Assembly: GCA_934725535.1 (NCBI GenBank)
Contig: CAKVBV010000002.1
Coordinates: 7,575-71,574 of the forward strand
Origin: an uncultured Bacteroidales bacterium
GTDB taxonomy: Bacteria > Bacteroidota > Bacteroidia > Bacteroidales > Paludibacteraceae
Direction of reading: 5' to 3'
Length of the DNA: 64,000 nt
Part shown: positions 26,731 to 35,962 of the stretch, piece by piece
Layout: every line of letters starts with the position of its first letter
Position numbering within the stretch: the stretch's first letter is position 1
The notes under the pieces: generated by a model
Seen by the model: only the letters and a program-made list of their open reading frames with translations
The model's database searches: none
Told to the model about the DNA's origin: nothing
Position numbers and translations under genes: made by a program

Positions 26731-28722
26731 TTAGTTAACGTCGGGCAACCACGAATAGTCGCGGGAATAGCGCAGATGTTGCTCCACATAACCCTCCGTG
26801 TAACTGAGCGTCACATTGGTGATATTGCCATCCTTGTCATATTCGGCAGTGTAAACGGGGTTCACAAAGCCTTTGTATGGAGCCAGATTGAGGTGTGCAT
26901 AGCGGTCCAATATCTCGCGGTGCAGGTCTTGGTCCACCTTCACTGCGTAGGTCTCTACCATAGTTGCCGCAGCGGCATAGTCGCCCTCGGAGGTAATACG
27001 CTGAATCTCACGCAGCAACTCTCCATACAGACGGCGAACACCCTCATAGTCATTGATTTGCAAATAGTGTTTGCCGTCACGCTCCACGATAGCCACCTCG
27101 TTGTTCGTTGCGTGTTGGAGCACCCATTGTGCAATCAACTGACGGTTACGCATGTGCGCTTCCTCCACATTCTTACCCGGCTCAATACGAACCAACTGTG
27201 TCATCAGTCCGTTCATCATCTGCTGATAGTAGTAGCACTTGTAGGCATCGCCGTTAGGCAGCAGCCCAAGTTCCACCATCTTCGGGTCACCCATATAGTA
27301 GAGTCCGAATAGGTCGGCACGCGCCTCCTCAATGGTAGAAGCATGTTCCTTGAGCGCATCCTTGGTGATACCCGGCATCAGTTTGCCCGAACCGTGACCC
27401 ACGCACTCATGCAAATCGGTATGCAGGTCACCGCACATAGCACCATACTGGTTATATTGCTCACGAATAGCATCGTCAATCATAAACTCCTCGTTGAAGC
27501 CATTGCCCTTAGCCGCCTCGTTGTAAGCATGCATGAGGTTGTCGATGGTCACCGACTTGGAACCATACTCCTTACGAATCCAGTTGGCATTGGGCAGGTT
27601 GATGCCGATAGGTGTAGCAGGATAGCAGTCACCGCCAAGAATAGCCGCCGTGATAACCTTCGCACTCACGCCCTTTACCTCTTCTTTCTTGTATTTCTTG
27701 TCAGTAGTGGAGTTGTCCTCAAACCATTGGGCATTGGCAGAGATAATAGACGTACGTTTGGTAGCCTCAATGTCTTTGAAGTTCACCATGGCTTCCCACG
27801 CACCCGTAATGCCCAGCGGGTCAGAGTACACCTCTGTGAAACCGTTCACGTAGTCCACCTGACTCTGCAAGTCTTTCACCCATGCGATGCAGTATTCGTT
27901 GAAGGTCTTCAGGTCACCGGTCTTGTTGAACGCTATCATCTTCTCAATGGCGAGTTTCTGCTCCTCAGTCTCAGCGTAGGGCAATGCCTTCTCCAGCCAG
28001 TAAACCACCTTGCTCAGTGCCTCACCGTACATACCGCCTACCTTATACACGCGCTCTTTCACTACGCCGTCTTCCTTCACCAACTTGCTGTTCAAGCCAA
28101 TCCACAGCGGCTCGGGCGAGTTGTCTTTGTGCGCAGCGTAGTACGCTTCCGCCTCGGCTTGGGTCACACCCTCATAGTAGTTGCCTGCCGATGTCAGCAC
28201 CAAATCTTGCCCTGCGGCTTGGTTGGTACGTTTAGCCATCACATTGGGGTCGAACATCACAGGGAGAATCTCCTCATCGTACTTCACACCCGCATCGGCA
28301 CAAGCCTTGCGGAACCACTCATCAGTGAACTCCGGCAAGAACTTATCCTCTGAATAGTGGTGGTGAATACCATTCGAGAACCACACACGCTTCAGGTATT
28401 TCTCTAATAGTTTATAGTCCTCGCCGTTCTTATCGCCCTGATAGCCAGTATAGAGTGCCTCCAAAGCACGGCGGATACGCAGGTTGTAACGGCAGTTCTG
28501 GTCATAGAGGATGTCGCGTCCTTGCAGCGCAGCCTCACTCAGGTAGTACACCAGCGTCTTCTGTTGCAGACTCAGCGAGTCGAGATCGGGCACTTGATAG
28601 CGCAGGATTTCCAAGTCATAGAATTTGTCCACGTGGTAGTTAAATTCGGGTTGTTGTTGTTTCTTTCCGCAACCGCTCAACACCGCAAGGGCTGCGCACA
28701 GGATAATAAAGTTCCTTTTCAT
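26731..28722 (-). CDS. Dipeptidyl-peptidase III (M49) lipoprotein
   Basis: Lipobox LSGCG. HECVGHGSG (HExxGH) and EEARAD motifs. Confidence 0.88.
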   Translation of the reverse strand: MKRNFIILCAALAVLSGCGKKQQQPEFNYHVDKFYDLEILRYQVPDLDSLSLQQKTLVYYLSEAALQGRDILYDQNCRYNLRIRRALEALYTGYQGDKNGEDYKLLEKYLKRVWFSNGIHHHYSEDKFLPEFTDEWFRKACADAGVKYDEEILPVMFDPNVMAKRTNQAAGQDLVLTSAGNYYEGVTQAEAEAYYAAHKDNSPEPLWIGLNSKLVKEDGVVKERVYKVGGMYGEALSKVVYWLEKALPYAETEEQKLAIEKMIAFNKTGDLKTFNEYCIAWVKDLQSQVDYVNGFTEVYSDPLGITGAWEAMVNFKDIEATKRTSIISANAQWFEDNSTTDKKYKKEEVKGVSAKVITAAILGGDCYPATPIGINLPNANWIRKEYGSKSVTIDNLMHAYNEAAKGNGFNEEFMIDDAIREQYNQYGAMCGDLHTDLHECVGHGSGKLMPGITKDALKEHASTIEEARADLFGLYYMGDPKMVELGLLPNGDAYKCYYYQQMMNGLMTQLVRIEPGKNVEEAHMRNRQLIAQWVLQHATNNEVAIVERDGKHYLQINDYEGVRRLYGELLREIQRITSEGDYAAAATMVETYAVKVDQDLHREILDRYAHLNLAPYKGFVNPVYTAEYDKDGNITNVTLSYTEGYVEQHLRYSRDYSWLPDVN

Positions 28723-28745
28723 TGATTATTAGATTGTTAATTGGG

Positions 28746-29624
28746 TTAGTATCGTTCCAAAACCGTCTGCACCAATTCCTTGATACGCGGTTTGTAGTCC
28801 GTATTGGCAGCCTCCACTTTGCGCTGTGCAATCACGCAGCATACCGTCATTGCCTTGTGTCCCATAAGCAGACTCAGACCGGCAATCGCACTACCCTCCA
28901 TCTCATAATTGGTGATACGTTGCCCCTCGTAGCGGAAGTCCGTAATGCGCTCGTTGATGTCCGGCACCGCGATATTGCAGCGCAACACACGTCCTTGCGG
29001 GCCATAGAAACCGTTGGCGGCAATCGTGCAACCCCGCATCATATCGTCTTTTGCAATGCGGTCCACCAACTCCGTATTGGCAGCCACCACGTATGGGCGT
29101 GCAGCCTTCTCGGGATAGTGAATATAGTCCACCAACGCTTTCTCGAAGCCCAAATCGGCAATGCGGTCACGCCCCTCGTAGAACGCCAGCACACCGTCGA
29201 AACCAATCGACTTCTGGCTCACCAGAAATGTGCCCAACGGAATATCCTCTTGCATACCACCGCACGTACCGACGCGGATAATCTCCAACTGACGATGCTG
29301 CGCTTTCTCGGTGCGCGTCTCGAAATCAATGTTCGCCAGCGCATCTATCTCGTTCAGCACAATATCGCAGTTGTCGGTACCGATACCCGTTGAGATACAC
29401 GAGATACGCTTGCCTTTGTACTTGCCTGTAATCGTATGAAACTCACGACTTTGCACATCGCACTCTATGCTGCCCTCGTCAAAGAACGAAGCCACCATGT
29501 TCACCCTGTCTTGGTCACCGACCAAGATGATTTTATCAGCCAAAAACTCAGGACGGAGGTGCAGGTGGAATGCACTGCCGTCATCATTGATAATCAATTG
29601 GCTTGCAGGGAAATACCTTTTCAT
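28746..29624 (-). CDS. Nucleoside phosphorylase (PNP/UDP family)
   Basis: GIGTDN, RVGTCGG, EMEGSA motifs. Confidence 0.85.
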   Translation of the reverse strand: MKRYFPASQLIINDDGSAFHLHLRPEFLADKIILVGDQDRVNMVASFFDEGSIECDVQSREFHTITGKYKGKRISCISTGIGTDNCDIVLNEIDALANIDFETRTEKAQHRQLEIIRVGTCGGMQEDIPLGTFLVSQKSIGFDGVLAFYEGRDRIADLGFEKALVDYIHYPEKAARPYVVAANTELVDRIAKDDMMRGCTIAANGFYGPQGRVLRCNIAVPDINERITDFRYEGQRITNYEMEGSAIAGLSLLMGHKAMTVCCVIAQRKVEAANTDYKPRIKELVQTVLERY

Positions 29625-29926
29625 GCTTGTCCTCCTCCGAATGACATTGGGATGGTGCTGCCGGGGGCAGGTGTCCCGTTCAACTTAATGGTGCCGAATT
29701 GTTTCTCGTATTTGCTTACATTCTCTTGCAGTGCGAACAGCAACTTCTTTGCATTCTCGGGGGTCATTACCACGCGCGACTGCACATTGGCCTCTTTCTG
29801 ACCGGGCATCATGCACACAAAATCCACTACGAACTCCGACGGCGAGTGCGCAATAATCGCCAAGTTCACATACTTGCCGTTTGCCATCTCGGGAGTGAGG
29901 TTGATGTTAATCTTTTGCTCTTCCAT
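29621..29926 (-). CDS. DUF3467 domain protein
   Basis: 101 aa. GKYVNLAIIAHSPSEFVVDF...SRVVMTPENAKKL pattern. 4-nt overlap with the downstream gene. Confidence 0.7.
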   Translation of the reverse strand: MEEQKININLTPEMANGKYVNLAIIAHSPSEFVVDFVCMMPGQKEANVQSRVVMTPENAKKLLFALQENVSKYEKQFGTIKLNGTPAPGSTIPMSFGGGQA

Positions 29927-29966
29927 AATCTTTTGCTAATTAAGTATTTAGAATTAATGTTACGTC

Positions 29967-31124
29967 CTACCAATATAATACTCTGCGCTTGTACAGCGGC
30001 TGCGTTGCCAATATATATAAGGTCAGCAACGGCAGCAGCACATCCCATACCACTATCTCTATCCCCTGAAAACGCATCCCCAATCGCCTTGCGCCCACGT
30101 TCATCACAACCATCTGCGCCACCACGCGCAACAGCCACAACCCGTAGGCTATGCAGCATGCCAACCCGCCACCGCACACAAACACCGCTATCAACAATCC
30201 GTACAACAGTCCGCGACTCATCGGCTCCATCACCAACCGCCACTTGCTGCCCATCCTGTAGTTCGGCGACACCGACAGATGTCTGCGCTTCTGGTGTATC
30301 CATTCCTGCCACGTATGTTTCGGCACCGACCATGTCAGACTCGCGCGCGAACAAACAATACTTGTATTGTACCTTGTGGCTATCTTGTTCACAAACAGGT
30401 CATCATCGCCTGCCCGCTCCGCCAGCAGACCGCGAAAACCGCTATGCTCAAAGAATGTCGAACGCCTGTATGCCAAGTTCCGTCCCACACCCATATACGG
30501 ATGTCCCGCGGCTGCCATACCCAAATACTGCATACCGTTGAATAAGGTATCGTAGTTCAACAGGCTGTTCAGCAACGTATCTTCCTCAAAATAAGCACCA
30601 TACCCCAACACGATCTCCGTCTCATGTCCTTTCCGCGGCGCAAAACCCTTCACCATCTCCCGTATCCATTGCCTCGATTCAGGGCGGCAGTCCGCGTCCG
30701 TCAGCAGCAGATAATCATAATGCGCCGCCTTGGCACCAATGGTCAACGCCAACTTCTTGGTACTAATCACGTGCGCACCGCGAGGTACAAAAGTGACATA
30801 TAAGTTACTGCTAACCATTGCATAACGTTCCAACACCTCCTGTGTCTTATCCTCACTCCCGTCATTCACCACTATCACCTCAAACTTCGGATAGTCCTGT
30901 GCCAACAGTGTCTGCAAATAGTCCTGCAGATTCTCCTCTTCATTCTTCGCGCACACAATCACACTCACCCCCGGACATTCCTCTGTCTGCTCCGTTTCAT
31001 CGTGCTTATGATGCCGTTGCCAGCGACTCACCCCGCACAAATAGCGCAGACAGAAATACAATTGGTAGCCTGACACAACTGCCAATGCTCCCAACAGGCA
31101 ATAATCCACAAGGGAGAATGTCAT
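29967..31124 (-). CDS. Glycosyltransferase family 2, membrane-associated
   Basis: VSVIVCAKNEEENL...VIVVNDGSEDKT...TDADC, flanked by TM segments. Confidence 0.85.
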   Translation of the reverse strand: MTFSLVDYCLLGALAVVSGYQLYFCLRYLCGVSRWQRHHKHDETEQTEECPGVSVIVCAKNEEENLQDYLQTLLAQDYPKFEVIVVNDGSEDKTQEVLERYAMVSSNLYVTFVPRGAHVISTKKLALTIGAKAAHYDYLLLTDADCRPESRQWIREMVKGFAPRKGHETEIVLGYGAYFEEDTLLNSLLNYDTLFNGMQYLGMAAAGHPYMGVGRNLAYRRSTFFEHSGFRGLLAERAGDDDLFVNKIATRYNTSIVCSRASLTWSVPKHTWQEWIHQKRRHLSVSPNYRMGSKWRLVMEPMSRGLLYGLLIAVFVCGGGLACCIAYGLWLLRVVAQMVVMNVGARRLGMRFQGIEIVVWDVLLPLLTLYILATQPLYKRRVLYW

Positions 31125-31840
31125 TTCAGAACCTTACTCAAGTATTTCAGATTCAATCCTTTCAGTTGCTCTTCCGCCATCTTGCTCACCACTTTTGCGC
31201 CTTCCTCATTGAGCAGATATTCGCCCTTCGGAGAATGGTGTACATCCAAATCCGCATAGTATCCCATAGCGCCTTCCTCCCCTATTTCCGTCAGCCATGC
31301 TCGCGTCACCGCTTCCATATCCACCAAGGGAAGTTGCTTCTGCGCTGCCAAGCGGCGGATAGCCTGCGGATAAGCGCCCAACCTGTCTATCAACTTCCCG
31401 TCCATGTAAAACGGTTCCGCTAACGGAGTGCACAATATGACGCGCATCTTCTTCTCCTCAGCCGCTGTAATCACTACCGACAAACGCTGGATAAACGCAT
31501 CCACGGGACTGTATTGCATATATATCGTCTCATGCAGGTCATTCTGTCCGAACTGTATCAACAATATATCCTTCTTCCCAAACGGCATCAGCAGCGAATC
31601 CAACACGCCGGGCTCTGCAGTCACTTTGCGCACACTCATACCCGTCTGAGCCATATTCACCACCTCCATATCCGGCAAGTACACAGGGAACAACTGCCCC
31701 CAACCGCGCACATTCGACTCCACAGCCGCATCAGCCATCGTACCGTCACCCAACATCACCAACGCCGGCTGCTTACCTGCAGCCCATACACCTTGCCACA
31801 TCAATGCCGCCATAGCCAGCAAAACAACACACCTCTTCAT
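31121..31840 (-). CDS. SGNH/GDSL hydrolase family esterase
   Basis: Signal peptide. GDGTMAD block I and GQNDL block III. 4-nt overlap with the GT2 gene. Confidence 0.8.
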   Translation of the reverse strand: MKRCVVLLAMAALMWQGVWAAGKQPALVMLGDGTMADAAVESNVRGWGQLFPVYLPDMEVVNMAQTGMSVRKVTAEPGVLDSLLMPFGKKDILLIQFGQNDLHETIYMQYSPVDAFIQRLSVVITAAEEKKMRVILCTPLAEPFYMDGKLIDRLGAYPQAIRRLAAQKQLPLVDMEAVTRAWLTEIGEEGAMGYYADLDVHHSPKGEYLLNEEGAKVVSKMAEEQLKGLNLKYLSKVLK

Positions 31841-32181
31841 ATTCTTTCTTTTTTATAGTTATCCTATTTAATTAGACCGCAAAGTTACAAAAAAAACGCA
31901 ACAACTACAAATATTATGCTCTTTTTCTGCTTTATGCCTACAATCTTTTGCCGCAAGTTGCACAATTTCAAGTCCTGTTTGATAAAACATACAGCGCATA
32001 TTATGCCGCAATGGGCTTTGCAGTTTTGTTCAACATAGATTACCCGCTTAGTTATATCAGACCCGCGTTATTCCTATCGGCAACAACATCCTTCTACAAA
32101 TCAAATGGCGCAAATCATTATATCTTTTCCATAAAATTCACTTTTTCAACAGGATAATTTTGCCGTATCGAAAAAAAGAAG

Positions 32182-32189
32182 TACCTTTG
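32182..32189 (+). promoter_or_regulatory. -7 promoter motif TACCTTTG for rpmH
   Basis: Exact TAnnTTTG about 130 nt upstream of the ATG at 32321. Confidence 0.5.
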
Positions 32190-32320
32190 CACGCTTTTTC
32201 GGTTACAAACGCAGTATAATCTTTACTTATGCGGATTGCCGTGCGTTTCCTAACTGAAAAATAATATAGTACGATAATTATAAACTCGCCCACTATGACG
32301 GGGCATAAAGCAATAAGGCA

Positions 32321-32479
32321 ATGAAAAGAACGTTTCAACCATCGCAACGCAAAAGACGTAACAAACATGGGTTCCTGCAGAGAATGGCTACCGCCAATGG
32401 TCGCCGTGTACTCGCCGCTCGTCGCGCCAAAGGACGCAAGAAACTGACCGTAGCAGACGAAGGACGTCATAAGTATTAA
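32321..32479 (+). CDS. rpmH: 50S ribosomal protein L34
   Basis: 52-aa ORF below the track cutoff, hand-translated: [52 protein letters not shown]. Confidence 0.93.
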   Translation: MKRTFQPSQRKRRNKHGFLQRMATANGRRVLAARRAKGRKKLTVADEGRHKY

Positions 32480-32530
32480 TCCGCACGATTGACCGGTTGG
32501 TTGGAGGGCTACTCCAACGCGAACGCTGCA

Positions 32531-32563
32531 GGGAAAAGAGTAGAGACTCCTTTCCCTTGTTTG
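32531..32563 (+). terminator. Intrinsic terminator after rpmH
   Basis: gggaaaagag / ctcctttccc stem (one mismatch) followed by TTGTTTG. Confidence 0.55.
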
Positions 32564-32595
32564 CAATAGAAATCAATGAACAATAAAACCTGACA

Positions 32596-32937
32596 ATGGA
32601 ATCAACACGATTAGAAAAAATTGAACGCCTCATCCAAAAAGACCTGAGCGACATATTTCTGCGCTATGCACGCGCATTGCGCGGCACGCTCATCTCTGTC
32701 AGTGAGGTGCGTATATCGCCCGACCTGAGCATTGCACACGTCTATCTTAGCATTTTTCCGCAAGACAAGGAAACCGCTACAATGGCGCAAATCAAGCAAG
32801 ACACCGGCAAAATCCGCGGAGAAATGGGCAATATGGAACGTCATCAACTCCGCATTATCCCCGAACTGCACTTTCATCTTGACGAAACCATCGACAAGAT
32901 GGAGCGGATTGACCAACTCCTGAAAGGAAACGCTTAG
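32596..32937 (+). CDS. rbfA: Ribosome-binding factor A
   Basis: RLEKIERLIQKDLSDIF...VSEVRISPDLSIAHVYLS pattern. Confidence 0.9.
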   Translation: MESTRLEKIERLIQKDLSDIFLRYARALRGTLISVSEVRISPDLSIAHVYLSIFPQDKETATMAQIKQDTGKIRGEMGNMERHQLRIIPELHFHLDETIDKMERIDQLLKGNA

Positions 32938-32949
32938 TCCATCACGCTA

Positions 32950-34167
32950 TTGTCCCGAATAGAGCATATCATAGCGTGGCGCTACCTCTTCTCCAAGAAG
33001 GGGCACAATGCCATCAATATCGTCTCCGGTGTGAGCGCTGCGGCTGTCGGAGTGGTAACTGCCGCTATGGTGTGTGTCATGAGCGTGATGAACGGATTCG
33101 GAAGTATGGTCGAACAACTCTTCTCGCAGTTCGACCCCGACATACGCATAGAGGCTGCCACCGGCAAGTCTTTCCTGCTTGACCCTCAAACACTGAAACA
33201 TATCAGCGACTTACCATCGGTGGCAATGCTCAGCCAAACTATCGAAGAGACGGCTCTTGTGTATTTCGATGACAAGCAAATGCCTGTGCAGTTGCGAGGG
33301 GTGGACACCGCCTTTTCTGCACTGACACACATCGACCAAATCATCACAGACGGCAAGTTCCAAGTCTATGACGGTGCTTTCGAGCGTGCCGTATTGGGAC
33401 AAGGATTGGCGTGGCAGTTGGGTATCGGCGCGCATTTTGTGCAGGCTATCCATATCTATGTGCCCAAACGCACCGGCACGGTCAATATGCTTCGACCCGA
33501 CCTTAGTTTCAACCACGAGACGTGCTTCATAGCCGGCACTTTCGCCGTGCAGCAAACCAAGTACGATGATGCGCTTATGTTGGTTTCCATCGATATGGCT
33601 CGTCGGCTGCTGGATTATGATGACAACCAAGTATCGGCATTGTTGGTGCAAACCAAGCAGGGAGTCAGTACACGACAAGCCAAAAGAGAACTGCAGTCCG
33701 TCTTGGGCGACAACTATCGTATCCTCGACCGCTACCAACAGCAGGAAGACTTCTTCCGTATCCTTCGCATCGAGAAACTGCTTACAGCACTGCTTTTGGC
33801 TTTCATCTTGCTCATTGCCACGTTTAATATCATTAGTGCATTATCTATGCTCATCATCGACAAACAACGCGACATAGAAGTCTTATTCCATCTCGGAGCC
33901 GACCCTAAGATGATTCGCCGCATCTTCTTTGTGGAGGGGTGGCTTATTTCGGGCTTGGGTGCTGCTGTCGGGCTGGTTGTAGGCTTGATAGTCTGTCTGG
34001 TACAGGAGCATTTCGGCATCCTCAAACTGGGTTCCGGCACCGAGTATGTGCTATCGGCTTACCCTGTTTCCGTACAATGGCAGGATATGTTGGTGATTAT
34101 GGCTATAGTGTCCGTATTAGGGGCAGTCGCTGCATATATACCCGCTAAACGTATATCTCCGGCATAA
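32950..34167 (+). CDS. FtsX-like/LolE-family ABC transporter permease
   Basis: AWRYLFSKKGHNAINIVSGVS N-terminus, a large periplasmic loop, and a C-terminal FtsX 3-TM domain. TTG start at 32950; there is no in-frame ATG nearby. Confidence 0.85.
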   Translation: MSRIEHIIAWRYLFSKKGHNAINIVSGVSAAAVGVVTAAMVCVMSVMNGFGSMVEQLFSQFDPDIRIEAATGKSFLLDPQTLKHISDLPSVAMLSQTIEETALVYFDDKQMPVQLRGVDTAFSALTHIDQIITDGKFQVYDGAFERAVLGQGLAWQLGIGAHFVQAIHIYVPKRTGTVNMLRPDLSFNHETCFIAGTFAVQQTKYDDALMLVSIDMARRLLDYDDNQVSALLVQTKQGVSTRQAKRELQSVLGDNYRILDRYQQQEDFFRILRIEKLLTALLLAFILLIATFNIISALSMLIIDKQRDIEVLFHLGADPKMIRRIFFVEGWLISGLGAAVGLVVGLIVCLVQEHFGILKLGSGTEYVLSAYPVSVQWQDMLVIMAIVSVLGAVAAYIPAKRISPA

Positions 34168-34193
34168 TCCCGATTTTGCCCTGACATTCCTCT

Positions 34194-34210
34194 TATATAT
34201 ATATATATAT
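34194..34210. repeat. (TA)8 microsatellite
   Basis: tatatatatatatatat read directly, between the lolE-like stop and the tRNA-Leu promoter. Confidence 0.9.
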
Positions 34211-34228
34211 TTCCGATAGGCTTTCTAC

Positions 34229-34250
34229 GAGTGGATAGCGAGTGGATAGA
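34229..34250 (-). repeat. Two 11-bp units tatccactcgc/tatccactcgt
   Basis: The reverse complement of gagtggatagcgagtggata shares the 17-mer atccactcgctatccac with positions 105-121. Confidence 0.8.
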
Positions 34251-34337
34251 GGTGAAATGTTTGGACGACGAAAGTTGCAATTCTTAATTCTAAATTTTTC
34301 ATTCTTCATTAGATTTGCGCATATCATTTATTTGTTG

Positions 34338-34345
34338 TACTTTTG
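34338..34345 (+). promoter_or_regulatory. -7 promoter motif TACTTTTG for tRNA-Leu
   Basis: Exact TAnnTTTG ending 10 nt before the first tRNA nucleotide. Confidence 0.6.
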
Positions 34346-34355
34346 CGGACGATTT

Positions 34356-34437
34356 GCGGCATTGGCGGAATTGGTAGACGCGCCAGACTTAGGATCTGGT
34401 TCTTTACGGAGTGAAGGTTCGAGTCCTTTATGCCGCA
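34356..34437 (+). tRNA. tRNA-Leu (anticodon UAG)
   Basis: Acceptor gcggcat/atgccgc, D-arm gcggaattggtagacgc, anticodon loop cttagga, long variable arm, T-arm ggttcgagtcc, discriminator A. No encoded CCA. Confidence 0.9.
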
Positions 34438-34454
34438 CTTGGGAGACAACGTAT

Positions 34455-34479
34455 GGGAGACAACGCGGCTCGCGTCGTT
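34455..34479 (-). repeat. REP-like palindrome, short form (imperfect), preceded by a duplicated gggagacaacg
   Basis: gggagacaacgcggctcgcgtcgtt. The motif gggagacaacg also occurs at 34441-34451. Confidence 0.7.
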
Positions 34480-34513
34480 ATAGGAAAAAAGTGCAAAATT
34501 AAAACCTTGGATT

Positions 34514-35050
34514 ATGAACAAGATACGTAAAACATCGCTTTTCTTTTTTATGATAGGGATTATTGCGTGTGCAATGACAGGTTGTTTGGACAATATCCAA
34601 TCCGACTATACCCCGCGCATTTTGATGTCTGACTTATATATCAATCCTTATTACATCAATGATACGGTGTTGCATGCACAGGACACGATGCATATCCGCT
34701 ACAACACCAAGAGCGAAAAGTACCTGTCAGATACTATGTTGTTGGGCGATACGGTGATGTTTGGTGTGGCTTTTGACGCACAAGGCAACAACCTTGTATC
34801 CACTCAGATTGAATGGGACACCACCAACGTACAGGCTTGGTTTGGCATAAACGATGCCATCAAAAAGGCATTGTCAGACACTACTAACCTCCATAGTGGC
34901 AATCTGTCGTATGTCCCGGGATATGGTGTGGCATCATTCCCCGTGTATCTGGTGCCTAAGAAAGCAGGTTCGCACACCATCAAACTGACGGTAGCGACTG
35001 ACTCCAAGTACTCTCCTGTATCAGAGTCGTTTGATTTGGTAGTGGAGTAG
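34514..35050 (+). CDS. Hypothetical lipoprotein (beta-rich, Ig-like by composition)
   Basis: Lipobox MTGCLD, 178 aa. 3-nt gap to the radical SAM gene. Confidence 0.6.
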   Translation: MNKIRKTSLFFFMIGIIACAMTGCLDNIQSDYTPRILMSDLYINPYYINDTVLHAQDTMHIRYNTKSEKYLSDTMLLGDTVMFGVAFDAQGNNLVSTQIEWDTTNVQAWFGINDAIKKALSDTTNLHSGNLSYVPGYGVASFPVYLVPKKAGSHTIKLTVATDSKYSPVSESFDLVVE

Positions 35051-35053
35051 AGT

Positions 35054-35962
35054 ATGCTTAACCACTACCTATATCTTGCCCAATGGTTCCTGCGTGCACG
35101 CTTCTTCGGGCGTAAGGCACCTTTGCAGACAGTGCTGTTTATCACTGACAAGTGCAACCTCCGCTGCAAGCATTGCTCTGTATATGGTAGTGCGGGGTAC
35201 AGGCAACGTTCTTTCGCAGACATTGTGAGTGATATGCACTATGCGTATGCACAAGGGTCGCGCTTTATTGATTTGGAGGGTGGAGAGCCTACATTATGGA
35301 AAGAAAACGGCCTTACTATCAATGATATTATTGCAGAGGCAAAGCGGATAGGGTTCTTCTCTATCACGGTTACTACCAATGCTCAGCAGGACTTCTCGTG
35401 GATACACCCGCATAGTATTTGGGTAAGTATGGACGGGGTGGGCAAGTACCACGACAGCATACGCGGGGAGGGTACCTTTGCACGTCTCGAAGAGAATATA
35501 CACCGTTCAGGGCAGAAGCATATCTGTGTGAATATGGTGGTCAATACGCTCAACTATGAGTCGCTGCCTGCCGCTATGGAGTATGTGAAGAACAACCCGG
35601 ACATCGAACAGATAAGTATCAACTTTCATACACCTTACCCTGGTACCGAGTACCTGATGCTACCACCCGAACAGAAAGCCGCCATCATAGACAGCGTGAT
35701 AGCCTACAAGCATCGCGGGTACCCGATAATGAACAGTTACTCAGGACTGAAGAAGATGAAACTCAACGCCTTGGGCAAGATACGATTGGGCAAAGAGTGC
35801 TTCGTAACAGACTTTATCTATCCCGACGGCAAACGCAGCCTGTGTCTTGGATATGGTACAGACCAATGCCGTCAGTGCGGTTTCTGTATGGCAGGCGAGA
35901 TGGCATCGGTGTTCCATTTCTGCCCTGATACACTATTGAGCGGATTCAAGTTGAGGATGTGA
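35054..35962 (+). CDS. Radical SAM protein with C-terminal Cys cluster
   Basis: CNLRCKHC (CX3CX2C), GGEPTL, and C-terminal CLGYGTDQCRQCGFC. The layout recalls HpnH/DUF3463-type enzymes; from memory only. Confidence 0.75.
   Translation: MLNHYLYLAQWFLRARFFGRKAPLQTVLFITDKCNLRCKHCSVYGSAGYRQRSFADIVSDMHYAYAQGSRFIDLEGGEPTLWKENGLTINDIIAEAKRIGFFSITVTTNAQQDFSWIHPHSIWVSMDGVGKYHDSIRGEGTFARLEENIHRSGQKHICVNMVVNTLNYESLPAAMEYVKNNPDIEQISINFHTPYPGTEYLMLPPEQKAAIIDSVIAYKHRGYPIMNSYSGLKKMKLNALGKIRLGKECFVTDFIYPDGKRSLCLGYGTDQCRQCGFCMAGEMASVFHFCPDTLLSGFKLRM

Noticed and set aside
31841-32320. Replication origin next to rpmH, suggested by a 480-bp A+T-rich non-coding gap.
   Set aside because: I found no cluster of DnaA boxes (TTATCCACA or its complement) and no dnaA/dnaN nearby. 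The rpmH-oriC linkage is not a rule in Bacteroidota.
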